A stretch of DNA of 64,000 nt from Candidatus Bathyarchaeota archaeon (GTDB taxonomy: Archaea > Thermoproteota > Bathyarchaeia > Bathyarchaeales > Bathycorpusculaceae). The position numbers were made by a program, and so were the translations under genes. The notes under the pieces were generated by a model. That model made no database searches. It was not told the origin of the DNA and saw only the letters and a list, made by a program, of their open reading frames with translations. The stretch is from the NCBI GenBank assembly GCA_963702095.1, contig OY969706.1:1440001-1504000 (forward strand), given 5' to 3'. Below, in pieces: positions 17,690 through 28,387 of the stretch; within the stretch, counting starts at the first letter, position 1; every line of letters begins with the position of its first letter.

Positions 17690-20395
17690 TCAGTGCCGTC
17701 TTCTTATCATAAGCGCCAAAACCGCGCCCACAATTATGATGACAACAATCACTGCGATTATGCCGCCTAGGAAATACATGGTATCGATTGATGTGCCGCC
17801 GCCTGCGCCTGAAGTAGAGGTGGGGTGAGCTGTGACTGCGTCGACTCCGAAGCTTGTTTCCGCCGAGGATCGCCAGTACCCGTTGGTTCCAGCAAAGGAA
17901 GCGTAGAGCAGGTATTGACCCGAAATGTCAGGTGTCCATTGGTAGCTGTAGGTGCCGGTTAAGTCCGTTGCTGTTTCGCCTATGGTGCGGTAGTTGCCGT
18001 TGGAATCCACCACGGCTAAAGTCACAGTTACACCGCTTGCGTTGGACGGTAAGGGCTTCTGTTGATAGACATAGCCCATCCAATCCGTCATGCTGCTGTC
18101 AGATGCCACTGGAACACCGTTGGGGAACCGAGCCGCCTGCGTGTCCTGTGTTGTTCCGCTTGAAATATCAGTAACTGATCCAGTGATAACTAATGATCTG
18201 CCCTGTTCAATCGAGACTCCGGGTGCAGTAACAGTGGTTTTGCTGGGTCCTCTGCCAACAACGTAGATTTGGTTGTCGTAACCGTTAAACCAAGTGTTGA
18301 AGCCATCAGCCATAGCATAGCTTGTACTACCGAACTCCATAGTAACCGAAGAAACCGTCCAGATTTCCGAGCCGTCAGTAGCGTTGACTGCACGCGCTAA
18401 GCCGCCCTTGTAGATAGGTGTAACCCATGTGTGTTCGCTTGTAACCATGTAGACAACGTCGTTGCCGATTGCCTGCACAAAAGTGGGGATGTTGCCGTAG
18501 GGCCATGCGAAGCCGCTGTTGGTGCTGTTGCCCGGGCCACCGTTGCCATAAGTCCAGAGCAAATTGCCACTTGCGATGTCATAGCAGTAGAGTATGCCGC
18601 CCATTGCCATGCTGTAGAGTTTGCCATAAGCGATTTGCCCAGAGAGCAAACCGGCGCTGGGGCTGCCATAGTAGTCAAACGCTACTTGGGGTTCTGAGGT
18701 CCAAAGGTGATTGCCTGAGTCTAGGCTGTAGCCTACCCACATGATGCCTTCCTTGTACGATTGCAGGAAAACACGTGTGTTCCAATCTACGCCGGCTTGT
18801 ATGACGGTGTAGTTGTTTGCTGGAGGCTGCAGCGTGTTCCACCATAACACTGAACCGATGGCGCCGCGGGAAGCGTTTAGGTTGACGAAAAAGTAGGTGT
18901 AGGGTGTGTTGCTTATGTAGCTTTGAAGGAGGTTTTCGCCGTTGGAGGGCAAGGAGCCGTTGTAGCAGAGTATGCCATCATCGTATTTTGCGGCGACAAT
19001 AGTGGGGGCAGAGGCGATTGTGTTGCGCCAGGGTATCGAGACGTTCCAGTCATAAGCGGAGTTTACGCCGCTGGAGACGCCGCCGTTTATTACGCCTGTC
19101 ATGGTTGGTGCAGCAGCGGTGCCGGGTATGAAGACTTTGGTGAGGTTCCATTGTCCAAGCCGCCAATCAGGAGTGGATGCGTTACCTGCGTTGTCTATGA
19201 TGTAGTTTAAGTATTCGCCGTCTGGACCCATCGTTCTAGCAGAGCCAAAAGTCGGCACGTTAGTCAGGTTGAATAGCCAGTTGCCTGTGTCACCGTCATA
19301 ACCTGTCCAGTTAGAACCACTGATAGCAATCAAAACCGGTGGGCAGACGCCGTGTTCATTCTGTGTTTGAACGTTCATCAAAAGACCCATCGAAAGCGCC
19401 GGCACGTCAGTTCGAGACCAAATTTGTTGTCCTGTACGCACATCTACGCAGACTGTTGGTCCGTAACCGATGCCGCCTACCCCGAAGCTGTACCCAGTGT
19501 TTGAGAAGCCCACGGGTGTTGTGTAGTATAACTTACCGTCGAGTATTATGGGGTTGTTATAACGGATCAGGTAAGCTGAGCCGTCAAAGAAGGTTTGTCC
19601 GGGAATTGCATAGTTGTTTCCGCCGACTACTCCGCCGCTCTGCAATGGTTTAGTCCACATGACATGGCTTGTCTGGGATCCGATGGCGTCACCTGGAAAC
19701 ATTGCTTCGCCGCCTTGGGCGCCGCCGGCTGCATCTTGGCCTGTGTTGGTGTAGCCGCCGTAGTTGGGGGCGCCTAAGCCTAGCCAGTTAGATGAGATGC
19801 TCCACCAGTCAGTGTTCTCACCGTAGATTGGACGACTCCAGTACTCAGTTGGCAATGGATAGCTATTGATTGCGGGGGGGATGGGATCTTCTTGGACTGT
19901 AAGGGTTGTTGATGCACTGCTCGGCGAAAAAGTGTCGTTTGTGTAGGGGTTGGGTCCGATGGGTGCCCCTAGACCAGCGGATATTGGCAGAGTGGAGGTG
20001 TAGGTTTCTCCGGGGTAGCTAAAGGTCAGGTTGTAGGTGCCGACTTGGTCGGGGATGAATTGGGCAAGCTGATTTGATGTTGTGTCCTGGATAACAGCAA
20101 AAGTTTGAGTTGAGACGTCACCATTGGGCGCTGTAATAGTAAGCTCATAGTTGTGGAATCTAAGGTCGTTTGTATAAGCCGCTCCATAGTAATAGTTGGT
20201 TAAAAACAGAAAGACGTTTACTTGTTGTCCTACCCCTATGGGGTTAGGTGCAACACTGATGTGTGCATAGGTAGGAATTTCCCAAGGAGGCGTATGCGCG
20301 TTGGCGTTGGGTACTAGAATTATTGAGGCTGCAATTGATGTCAGCAAAAGCATAGCGAGAATGAGAGAAAATGATCGTTTGATAACAAATTGCAC
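17690..20395 (-). CDS. Secreted, membrane-anchored PQQ-type beta-propeller protein
   Basis: Signal peptide, repeated xxDxxxGxxxW motifs, Ig-like flanks, C-terminal TM plus RRRH. Confidence 0.85.
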   Translation of the reverse strand: MQFVIKRSFSLILAMLLLTSIAASIILVPNANAHTPPWEIPTYAHISVAPNPIGVGQQVNVFLFLTNYYYGAAYTNDLRFHNYELTITAPNGDVSTQTFAVIQDTTSNQLAQFIPDQVGTYNLTFSYPGETYTSTLPISAGLGAPIGPNPYTNDTFSPSSASTTLTVQEDPIPPAINSYPLPTEYWSRPIYGENTDWWSISSNWLGLGAPNYGGYTNTGQDAAGGAQGGEAMFPGDAIGSQTSHVMWTKPLQSGGVVGGNNYAIPGQTFFDGSAYLIRYNNPIILDGKLYYTTPVGFSNTGYSFGVGGIGYGPTVCVDVRTGQQIWSRTDVPALSMGLLMNVQTQNEHGVCPPVLIAISGSNWTGYDGDTGNWLFNLTNVPTFGSARTMGPDGEYLNYIIDNAGNASTPDWRLGQWNLTKVFIPGTAAAPTMTGVINGGVSSGVNSAYDWNVSIPWRNTIASAPTIVAAKYDDGILCYNGSLPSNGENLLQSYISNTPYTYFFVNLNASRGAIGSVLWWNTLQPPANNYTVIQAGVDWNTRVFLQSYKEGIMWVGYSLDSGNHLWTSEPQVAFDYYGSPSAGLLSGQIAYGKLYSMAMGGILYCYDIASGNLLWTYGNGGPGNSTNSGFAWPYGNIPTFVQAIGNDVVYMVTSEHTWVTPIYKGGLARAVNATDGSEIWTVSSVTMEFGSTSYAMADGFNTWFNGYDNQIYVVGRGPSKTTVTAPGVSIEQGRSLVITGSVTDISSGTTQDTQAARFPNGVPVASDSSMTDWMGYVYQQKPLPSNASGVTVTLAVVDSNGNYRTIGETATDLTGTYSYQWTPDISGQYLLYASFAGTNGYWRSSAETSFGVDAVTAHPTSTSGAGGGTSIDTMYFLGGIIAVIVVIIIVGAVLALMIRRRH

Positions 20396-20567
20396 TTTTT
20401 CTTTTTCTCCTAAAAATAGTTGAGCAAACGAATTGCTCTACTAGTCAGAGATGGAATGCGGCTATTAAAGTTTGTGCGTTTGGAACTTTGGCGAATAACA
20501 GCTTGGAAACAAGATTCTTGAGGGATTAGACCTCAAAAAAGGATTGACACGCTGCAGAAGGATTGGT

Positions 20568-20675
20568 TGGTGCGATCGCCGAGATTTGAACCCGGGTCGT
20601 CAGCGTGGCAGACGTTCACGGCCTCGAGACTAGCTCGGATGCTTGACGTACTAGACCAAACTAAACTGCGACTGC
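20568..20675 (-). tRNA. tRNA-Gly(GCC)-like gene with a 30 nt non-canonical intron; degenerate, probably a pseudogene
   Basis: 3' half CTGCCAC-GCTGA-CGAC-CCGGGTTCAAATCTCGG-CGATCGC-ACCA; insertion in the 5' anticodon stem; A3.C70 mismatch and C at position 8. Confidence 0.7.
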
Positions 20676-20829
20676 ACACCAGGCGTTTGGATAGCTACCG
20701 ACCTGTTGGCGCTCCCGCCCTGGAAAAACTATTTGAGCTAAAAAAGTGCTTTTCGGACTAAGCACTGACCCCGAAATTAGTTTTCTTTAAAAAAGTTTTA
20801 AAAGTTTTGAATGCTGAATAATAGTTTTT

Positions 20830-21744
20830 ATGTGGTTAGCGGTTAAGTTAGCGCGTCCAAGAACTTGGGCGTTCATTATATTAGCTTATTTTATAGGTTG
20901 GAGCTTAACAGGCAGTACTGATTTTTCTCTAAAATACATAATTGGCATGATTGTTTTTATCCTTTGGATAGCTTCTGTAAACATCATCAATGCTTATACC
21001 GATTATAACGAAGATAAAATCAATCTACCACAGAGAGTGAAAATGATTGAGCGATTAGGATATAACAAATTACCCTACATCGTAGCTGGAATTTCAATTA
21101 TTTGTTTTACCCTTTCTCTGACTTTAACTTTAGAGTTTCTAGCTATTTTCGTCATAGCGCTATTTGACGGATTATTTTATTCCCTCAAGCCCTTGAGATT
21201 TAAAGCAAATCCTGTGCTTAGCCTTGTTTCTTTTTCTGGAGCAGTTGTTTTTCCTCTATTGGGCGCATGGGTAATTACTAGGGGACTCTTTGGTTTTCCT
21301 ACACTATTTATCCTCATAGGCTACTCTTTTTTGGTTTATGGCACAATAAAAAATTTGCCGGACTACGATGGCGACCAGGCAGCTGGCTTAAGAACATCGG
21401 CAACCATTTTCAGCAGTAGAAGAAAAGCTATCGTTTTTGCAACCTTTCTCTTACTCAGCCCGTATGTGCTCTTAATTATCTTTGTACTCCTAAACAGCCT
21501 AGCTGATAAATTCCTATGGCTTCTGTCTTTACTTCCTTTTCTATCACTGATATGTTACCAAGCGTTTAAAGCCGCCGATACTGAGAATTTAGAAAAACTT
21601 CATACCTACGGTTTCTTCTATGAAGCTGGTTTTCTATCCTTAACGTTGTTTTTTGTTACAAACTTGCTATATGCCATCATAATAGTTTCGGTAACTCTTT
21701 CGATAACTTGCGTCATTCAATACATAAAAATTGATTCCAGATAG
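20830..21744 (+). CDS. UbiA family prenyltransferase
   Basis: ARPRTW, INAYTDYNEDKIN, YSLKPLRFK, KNLPDYDGD. Confidence 0.88.
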   Translation: MWLAVKLARPRTWAFIILAYFIGWSLTGSTDFSLKYIIGMIVFILWIASVNIINAYTDYNEDKINLPQRVKMIERLGYNKLPYIVAGISIICFTLSLTLTLEFLAIFVIALFDGLFYSLKPLRFKANPVLSLVSFSGAVVFPLLGAWVITRGLFGFPTLFILIGYSFLVYGTIKNLPDYDGDQAAGLRTSATIFSSRRKAIVFATFLLLSPYVLLIIFVLLNSLADKFLWLLSLLPFLSLICYQAFKAADTENLEKLHTYGFFYEAGFLSLTLFFVTNLLYAIIIVSVTLSITCVIQYIKIDSR

Positions 21745-21788
21745 CAACCAATGAATCAACTGCAGCAAGTTCAATGAATTAGTTTTTT

Positions 21789-23546
21789 TCAAATTCTCGA
21801 TTTACCTGCCTTCGGTAATCTAATAATGAATTTCGATCCTTCGTTAACTTTACTTTCAAACGTTATACTGCCATCTAATACCTCGACTAGCCGTCTAACC
21901 ACTGCTAATCCTAACCCTTGACCCTTAGACTTCGTAGTCATCATTGGAGTAAAGAGTTTGGGCTTGACTTCTTCAGGAATACCAACGCCATTGTCAGAAA
22001 CCGTAATACAAACTTGCCCTTTCTTCTCAAAACCCGATAAATCTATTTTTCCTCCATTAGGCAAAGCTTGGAGGGCATTTGTAACTAGATTTACCAGTGC
22101 TCTTCTCAAGAACGCGGGGTCAGTCTTCAGTTGCACATCCTTAACGGTGGTTGTAATGGTAACATTGGTCGGAACATTGATGCTCTTGCAAACAATAGCA
22201 AATAAATCAGATAAATTGACCTCCTTAAGCTCAGGGGTGAGGGGTCTTGAGTAATCCTGTAGGTCTGCCACAATTTTATTGATATAAAAAATATTTTCTT
22301 CTATTAATCCAAGGCTCTCTTCCATTTGCAGTTTTGCGTTATTTGGCACTTCTTTTAATCCTTCTCGGGCAAAGTATAACTCGTTGACAATGGCCTGTAG
22401 TGGGTTACGGATGTCATGCCCAACCATACCAGCTGTGGCGCCAATAGCTGATAATCGTCTATTGATTTCTTGCTCAGTTTTGTCTTCAACGATATAGAGT
22501 ATTCCGTTTGCCGAAGGGTAGATTGAAATTTCAAAAATAGACTGCTTACCAGAATCTTTGCTTTGAGTGCTAACTGTATAATTAGCGTTTTGCCCGGAGA
22601 GTAAAGATTTGTAATAGCTGTTTATATCCACATATTTCACGAAAGGTAGGACATCAAAAACCTTCCTGTCAACTGCCTGTTCCGCTTTTACTTTTGTTAT
22701 TCTTTCCGCAGCTTTATTCCAATGTGTGATATTGAGGTCCCAATCTGTGGCAATGAACCCTTGACCGAAGCTATCATAGAGTTCCCGATAACTTGCCTCG
22801 CTCTCAGCTAGTTTCTTATTCTTTTCTGCAAGTGCGCTCTGTGCTTTTATGCGCTCAGTAATATCCCGTGTTATAATTTGTATAGCTACTGGTTTTCCAT
22901 CCTTGAAAATAGCTTGACCTCCAGTTTCAACGGGAACGATTGTTCCATCTTTCCTTTTTATTTCATACTCAAAATAAGGAACCGGTTTACCCATTCTTGC
23001 TCTAAGAAGCATTGAAACAGACGTCAGCCATAGCCTCTTGGGTGTAATGTCTTTAATATTGGTAATCTCTTTGAGAGGATAACCTGTCAACGTTTCTGAA
23101 GCCTTATTCGCAAAAAGAACCTTGCCCTTAAAATCTACAATCGCTATGGCTTCTTGCGTATTTTCCACTAAATTTCTATACTTTTCCTCGGACACTTTGA
23201 GTGCGCTTTGAGCTTTTTTATTCTCTGTTATATCTCTAAAGATAGCGACAACACCGCTTTCGGAAGGAAAAAGGTTCATCTCCCAAACGTTATCGGTTCT
23301 TGGAGTATTCCATTCAAAGCATTTTGCCTCGGATTTCTTTATGACTTCCACAACAGCTTTATGGAAAGCCTTCATTTCGACAACTGGGTGCTTAATTTCC
23401 CAAATATTTTTTCCTAAAATTTCGGGACTTTTCAGGCCTAACACGTTTGAGCAAGCAACATTCGCAAATGTTACATTTCCAACTCTATCGAGCGCAATAA
23501 TGTTTACGTCGGGCTGTCCAATAAAGTATTCATTTGCCAATGACAA
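21789..23546 (-). CDS. Multi-PAS sensor histidine kinase
   Basis: Three PAS domains, GHDIRNPL H-box, NLVTNA, DNGVG, GQGLGL. Confidence 0.92.
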   Translation of the reverse strand: MSLANEYFIGQPDVNIIALDRVGNVTFANVACSNVLGLKSPEILGKNIWEIKHPVVEMKAFHKAVVEVIKKSEAKCFEWNTPRTDNVWEMNLFPSESGVVAIFRDITENKKAQSALKVSEEKYRNLVENTQEAIAIVDFKGKVLFANKASETLTGYPLKEITNIKDITPKRLWLTSVSMLLRARMGKPVPYFEYEIKRKDGTIVPVETGGQAIFKDGKPVAIQIITRDITERIKAQSALAEKNKKLAESEASYRELYDSFGQGFIATDWDLNITHWNKAAERITKVKAEQAVDRKVFDVLPFVKYVDINSYYKSLLSGQNANYTVSTQSKDSGKQSIFEISIYPSANGILYIVEDKTEQEINRRLSAIGATAGMVGHDIRNPLQAIVNELYFAREGLKEVPNNAKLQMEESLGLIEENIFYINKIVADLQDYSRPLTPELKEVNLSDLFAIVCKSINVPTNVTITTTVKDVQLKTDPAFLRRALVNLVTNALQALPNGGKIDLSGFEKKGQVCITVSDNGVGIPEEVKPKLFTPMMTTKSKGQGLGLAVVRRLVEVLDGSITFESKVNEGSKFIIRLPKAGKSRI

Positions 23547-23649
23547 TCCTCTGTAAGATATTAAATCATATACTCTTAATATTTTCGACTTATTTCAAAC
23601 ACTAACACCCCGAAAAAGACTAAAGACCGCGAAAACAAATCAAAAGTTA

Positions 23650-23691
23650 ATGGCGATGTCAAAGCCATGCTAACCAAAGGACTACGACCGC
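23650..23691 (-). pseudogene. tRNA 5'-half-like fragment
   Basis: GCGGTCGTAGTCCTTTGGTTAGC-ATGGC-TTTGACATC-GCCAT; no T arm or 3' acceptor strand follows. Confidence 0.45.
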
Positions 23692-23935
23692 ACATACATG
23701 GTTTTCCCCAGTCTAGTTACCAATTCATTAAAGCCTATTTGTGATTATTTAATTTTTTTGCTAGAGATGCAGCACTGTTTTTACCTTACTTTGGGTTTTA
23801 TGTCACATCGGAACATTGCTTATGCTTGGTCAAAAGTTGCTCTTGAGTAATAGATTGGTAAAAACCATGAAAGATGAAAGCTCTTAATATGTAGCGTTTA
23901 TTAGGAAGTTTTTAGATTGTTCGTGCACGCGAAAC

Positions 23936-24009
23936 GCGGTAATAGTACAGCTTGGTTAGTACATAGGCTTGCCAAGTCTAGGACCCGGGTTCAAATCCCG
24001 GTTACCGCA
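23936..24009 (+). tRNA. tRNA-Gly(GCC), intronless
   Basis: GCGGTAA/TTACCGC acceptor, GTAC/GTAC D stem, TAGGC-TTGCCAA-GTCTA anticodon arm, CCGGG-TTCAAAT-CCCGG T arm. Confidence 0.95.
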
Positions 24010-24299
24010 CTGTAATCTCTTATTCATGCCAGTTATCGAGCCATGCTGAATATGTTCGTCCACCCGGATAAGGCAATAGGGGGTCAAGACTAAACTGTTA
24101 GCTATAGAGGCAGAAACACAAAAGTTAACACTAACCAGCGCGCATCCTAAAACTAGCCAATCAAGCTACTACTTGCACGGTTACCTATTCGGTTTCATGT
24201 ATGCAGTCAATTTTCAGTAAAAAGCCTTAAAAACAAACCCTTGTATAATCGGATTTTTGGGGGAGAAGGCTGCACAATTCACAGAAGATTATAGCGGTT

Positions 24300-26294
24300 T
24301 TGCTATCTGTCTTAATAGTGGTTCTAGTAATTACCGCGTGTACTATGCCATCCAGGGGACAAACAGGCGATTCATGGACTATGTTTGGGCATGACCTTTC
24401 AGGCGCAAGATACTCCACATCCTCGGCGCCCAAAACCAGCCAACTATTTTGGCAAGTCACTCTTGAAGGTCAAGTGCGCTCAGCAGTCACAATTTCAGGC
24501 AACAAAGCGTACACGGGCTGTTTTGGCGGAAACGTTTACGCTCTGGATGCAAGCAACGGAAACATCGTCTGGACGTACAAAACAGGCGGCGATGTTTGGT
24601 CTACTCTGATGGTGGCGAACGGCGTAGTTTATGTGGGTTCAAACGATTTTAATTTCTACGCGATTAATTCTGAAACGGGCAGTTTAATTTGGAGTTTCCC
24701 AACAAGTGGAGCGGTTTGGTCTTCTCCAGCAATCGCTAATGGAATCGTTTATGTGGGTTCAGCAGACGATAACATGTATGCTCTTGACGCTAGTACAGGT
24801 GCCCAAATTTGGAGTTACCCTACAGGGGGAGATATTAGAAGTTCACCCTCAATAGCCAATGGAGTAATCTATTTCAGTTCACAGGATAGCAGCCTCTACG
24901 CTTTAGACGCTGCTACAGGCACAAAAATCTGGAGTGCAACAACCGGTGACGGGGACACATACACGAATTCTTCTCCCGCCGTCGTTGATGGGGTAGTATA
25001 TATTGGTTCAACCGACACTAACCTTTACGCCTTTAGAGCTTCAGACGGGACAGCTGGTTGGACCTTCAAAACCCCCAGCAAGGTCTCCTCGTCACCAGCC
25101 GTTCATGCGGGGGTAGTCTATGTTGGGTCAGAGTCAGGCGATTTCTACGCGATTAACGCTGCATCAGGAAAACAGGTCTGGAGTTATTCAACCGAAGGTC
25201 CCATCTATTCTTCTCCAGCTATTGCAGACGGAGTGGTTTATGTTGGCTCGTATGCTCCTGATAACTCAGTTTACGCATTTGACGCTTCATCAGGAAAACT
25301 GCTATGGAGCTACCTAACTAACAGCGGCGTATTTTCTTCTCCAACCATAGCAGGCGGAGTGATGTTTGTCGGCTCATATGATAGTAACGTTTACGCTTTC
25401 GGAACAAAATTTAACCCCAGCAGCACATCCGACCAGACTCCAACCCAAAACCAAACAGGTTACATTGCAGGAAACGTTTGGGCACCTCCTCCAGCAAACG
25501 GGGTAGCATCAAGCATCGTCACAGTTGGAATGATAGCATTAACTGCCATCGTTGCTGCAGCATTGTCAAGCGTGCCAGCCTCCGCAGCCTCCGTTTCAGG
25601 CAGAATCATTGAAAAAATAGGTGGCAAACTTAGGGGGTTTTTGCCCAGCAGCGTTAAGGATTGGTTTGAAAGTTTGGTGTTGTCTAAACATAAGTTGAAG
25701 ATTGAGGAAAAACAGGGGTCACTTTATAAACCGACAAAGGGGGAACTTTTAGTTTATTTAGCGTCTATTCTTATTTTTTCGATCTCTTTTGCCTATGTAC
25801 AAGTTGACTCGTTTTCTGAGTTTTTAGTTGTTTTACCAACTTTTGTAGGCACGAGCCTAATTGTTAGCTTAGTAAGAACTTACCTGCTCACTGTCTTCGC
25901 GAGGCGAATAGGTGTCTGGACAGAATACAAGCTATGGTACTTGGGTATTGCGCTGTTCGTGATTTCAACCGTTGCTTTTCATGCTCCGTTCTCCTCGCCG
26001 ACGAGAAGAATCAGCACTTCAAACAAGCCTGCAAACTTCGGCGGCATCGTGACAAGCGTTAGCATATTAATCAGTTTGGGTTTTGCAGGCATTTTCTTTG
26101 CGCTTCTCATGGCAGGGTTCACTTTGGTAGGCGGAGCAGGTTTGGCAATGTGCTTAATAGCGGCTCTAATTGACACCATCCCCATCAAACCCATGTTCGG
26201 AGCAGACATCTACAAGTACAACAAACTCGTCTGGGCAACCCTGTTCCTTTTAACCTTATCACTTTACGCAATATGGTTAACCCAATTCCTGTAG
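24300..26294 (+). CDS. BamB/PQQ-like beta-propeller repeat protein with C-terminal multi-TM domain
   Basis: About eight SSPAIxxGVVYVGSxDxxxYAxDAxxGxxxW repeats; hydrophobic C-terminus with IPIKPMFG. Confidence 0.88.
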   Translation: MLSVLIVVLVITACTMPSRGQTGDSWTMFGHDLSGARYSTSSAPKTSQLFWQVTLEGQVRSAVTISGNKAYTGCFGGNVYALDASNGNIVWTYKTGGDVWSTLMVANGVVYVGSNDFNFYAINSETGSLIWSFPTSGAVWSSPAIANGIVYVGSADDNMYALDASTGAQIWSYPTGGDIRSSPSIANGVIYFSSQDSSLYALDAATGTKIWSATTGDGDTYTNSSPAVVDGVVYIGSTDTNLYAFRASDGTAGWTFKTPSKVSSSPAVHAGVVYVGSESGDFYAINAASGKQVWSYSTEGPIYSSPAIADGVVYVGSYAPDNSVYAFDASSGKLLWSYLTNSGVFSSPTIAGGVMFVGSYDSNVYAFGTKFNPSSTSDQTPTQNQTGYIAGNVWAPPPANGVASSIVTVGMIALTAIVAAALSSVPASAASVSGRIIEKIGGKLRGFLPSSVKDWFESLVLSKHKLKIEEKQGSLYKPTKGELLVYLASILIFSISFAYVQVDSFSEFLVVLPTFVGTSLIVSLVRTYLLTVFARRIGVWTEYKLWYLGIALFVISTVAFHAPFSSPTRRISTSNKPANFGGIVTSVSILISLGFAGIFFALLMAGFTLVGGAGLAMCLIAALIDTIPIKPMFGADIYKYNKLVWATLFLLTLSLYAIWLTQFL

Positions 26295-26375
26295 TGCAAT
26301 AACACAAAGCCATCCTCGATATATTTCCGCCATAAGAACTGCCTTTATTACCACAAACACGTCTAACCCGTGGCG

Positions 26376-26452
26376 GTTAGGGGCTGAGCTATTGCATGTC
26401 CTCGCATGGGTCACCACATGTCAGCCAAGCATGGGAAAAAACAGCCCCTAAC
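26376..26452. repeat. 11 bp perfect inverted repeat enclosing four CATG units
   Basis: GTTAGGGGCTG (26376-26386) / CAGCCCCTAAC (26442-26452). Confidence 0.7.
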
Positions 26453-26625
26453 TTCCCCAAAAATAGCGCAATCGTATAGCCCTTTGGTTGTTTTCAATTG
26501 AGGCGCGTCTTTGCGTGTAGGCGTTGTGCGGATTTACATACACAAGCTTATAAGGAAAGTATTATGTATTAACAGACAGTATACGTTAACCAACCCTTCA
26601 GAAGCAATAAGGCTTCAATGGAGAG

Positions 26626-27196
26626 ATGAACAACGAAAGTCGGATTAGCTGCACCTCTATACCTATCGGTTTCATGGATTCTAACTGTTAGCTACCAGTT
26701 ATTGACAGATACAGCCGTTAAAGCAATGGGAACTCAAATAGGCGTAGTGTGGCCATCCGCAGCACTCTGGATAAACTCAAACATTGAAACGATCACCTTC
26801 ATCTATGCGTTTACATGGATCTTTGTTTTGTCTTCAGTAATTCCAGGAGCGATTCTTGGAAGAGAAAGAGGCGTTTTAGCGCAGTATTTGGTTGTGCTGA
26901 CTCTGAGTCTAATCGCCTTTTTTATGCCGGATATTCTTTTTGCAGCGTTAGGGTTCAAACTAGATGACATCGTTAGTTCAGCAACCGTTCTTCAAAACCC
27001 ATTCGTTGCTGCACTCTATCTTTCGGCGCCCTACCTGTTTATGATTGGCTTGGACTATCGCGGACGAGTCGTGAGAAACAGAAAGAAAAAAACCGAAGCA
27101 GCCATGAAAGAAAATCAGTTCACGGAAGAGAGACTTCATAGTCTAATTAGAGGCGAAAAAGTAGAGGAAAAAAACGAGGACAAACAGAAAAGCTAG
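26626..27196 (+). CDS. Membrane protein with an apparent 1-bp frameshift just after the ATG
   Basis: Frame of the 26702 ORF extends upstream as TTKVGLAAPLYLSVSWILTVSYQL; ATG at 26626 is 1 nt out of frame. Confidence 0.6.
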
Positions 27197-27468
27197 TCGT
27201 TTAAACCTCGATATCCGAAGGCTGTTTGAACAAAATTATCCTCCCAGTGCTCGATTGTTATAGTTATGGTACAATCACAACATTTTTTATGGCATTCCGC
27301 ACCTATGGGTAATAACCGCGCATAGGATGATAACATCCAAAAGCGTCTGGCGAATCAACGGTTAACAGAAACGCAGGCGATAAAGTCAAGTTTCCCCTCT
27401 CTCATCCAACCCTTCGCTTGCGCCAAGTTAACTGCTGGAAATCATTGTTAAATGGAGGTTAAATATCT

Positions 27469-27819
27469 ATGGAGTTTTGTCCTGAATGTGGATCACGTCT
27501 AAAACCAGTCAAAGTTAACATGGGAAAACAGGCAACATTAATGTTAACATGCACCAAATGTGGAAGCAAAAAAAAGGAAGCGCCCCTAGAACCTAAAATC
27601 AACGGCAAATTTATTGAGCACAGCCCCAAACAGTTTGTAGCAGTCATCGGCAAAGAAGAACAGGAACTCACCACGTTACCGACCATCCACATGGATTGCC
27701 CCAACTGCGGAAACAACACCGCAAACGTTTGGCTGGTGCAAACCCGTGGCTCCGACGAGTCCTCCACCCAGTTTTTACGCTGCAAAAAATGCGGTTACAC
27801 CTACCGAGAATGCACCTAA
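27469..27819 (+). CDS. tfs: Transcription factor S (RpoM/TFS)
   Basis: MEFCPECG, CPNCG, QTRGSDESSTQFLRCKKCG. Confidence 0.95.
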   Translation: MEFCPECGSRLKPVKVNMGKQATLMLTCTKCGSKKKEAPLEPKINGKFIEHSPKQFVAVIGKEEQELTTLPTIHMDCPNCGNNTANVWLVQTRGSDESSTQFLRCKKCGYTYRECT

Positions 27820-27909
27820 TTTTTTCTTTTTTGTTTTTAGAAAAGCTTATGAGAAGAAAGAAAACAGTATAAGGTATCGCTTGTTTATCGACGATTTGAG
27901 GTTATAGCT

Positions 27910-28355
27910 ATGCTTTATGCTTTAGTTGCACTTGACCCCGTCGGAAACGTGAGTTTAATTCTCCAAATAGTTATCTTATTCCTGCTGGTTTTGGGTTTGC
28001 CCTTTTTTAGGGGTGGATCAGCCAGCAAGAAGAACCTGATTTGGCATGGATACTCAACCATTGCAGCCCTAGTTTTGCATACGATTTTGATTGCTATCGT
28101 TATGGTTCCATCCTTAACCGAGGGGCTGGATGAACTGGGCGAACTGTCCCTGTTTAATTCTGTCACGGTGTGGTCGCATGCAGTTTTGGGGACAGTCGCT
28201 GAAATCTTAGGTGTCATTCTGGTTGTGTTTTGGTTGAGCAAGGGACCCTCTAAGCTGGCATGTTGGAAATGGAAAAAGTTGATGATGCCTATTTTTATCA
28301 TTTGGATAATTTCAATTATAAAGGGACGCTAATTCACAGTTTAGGCATGCTCTAA
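27910..28355 (+). CDS. Four-TM membrane protein (DUF420-like), apparent 1-bp frameshift near the C-terminus
   Basis: WHG, LHTILI, WSHAVLG; last TM continues as GTLIHSLGML* in a shifted frame. Confidence 0.6.
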
Positions 28356-28387
28356 CAAACATAGAATCTATGCTATTCAGGGGCAAA

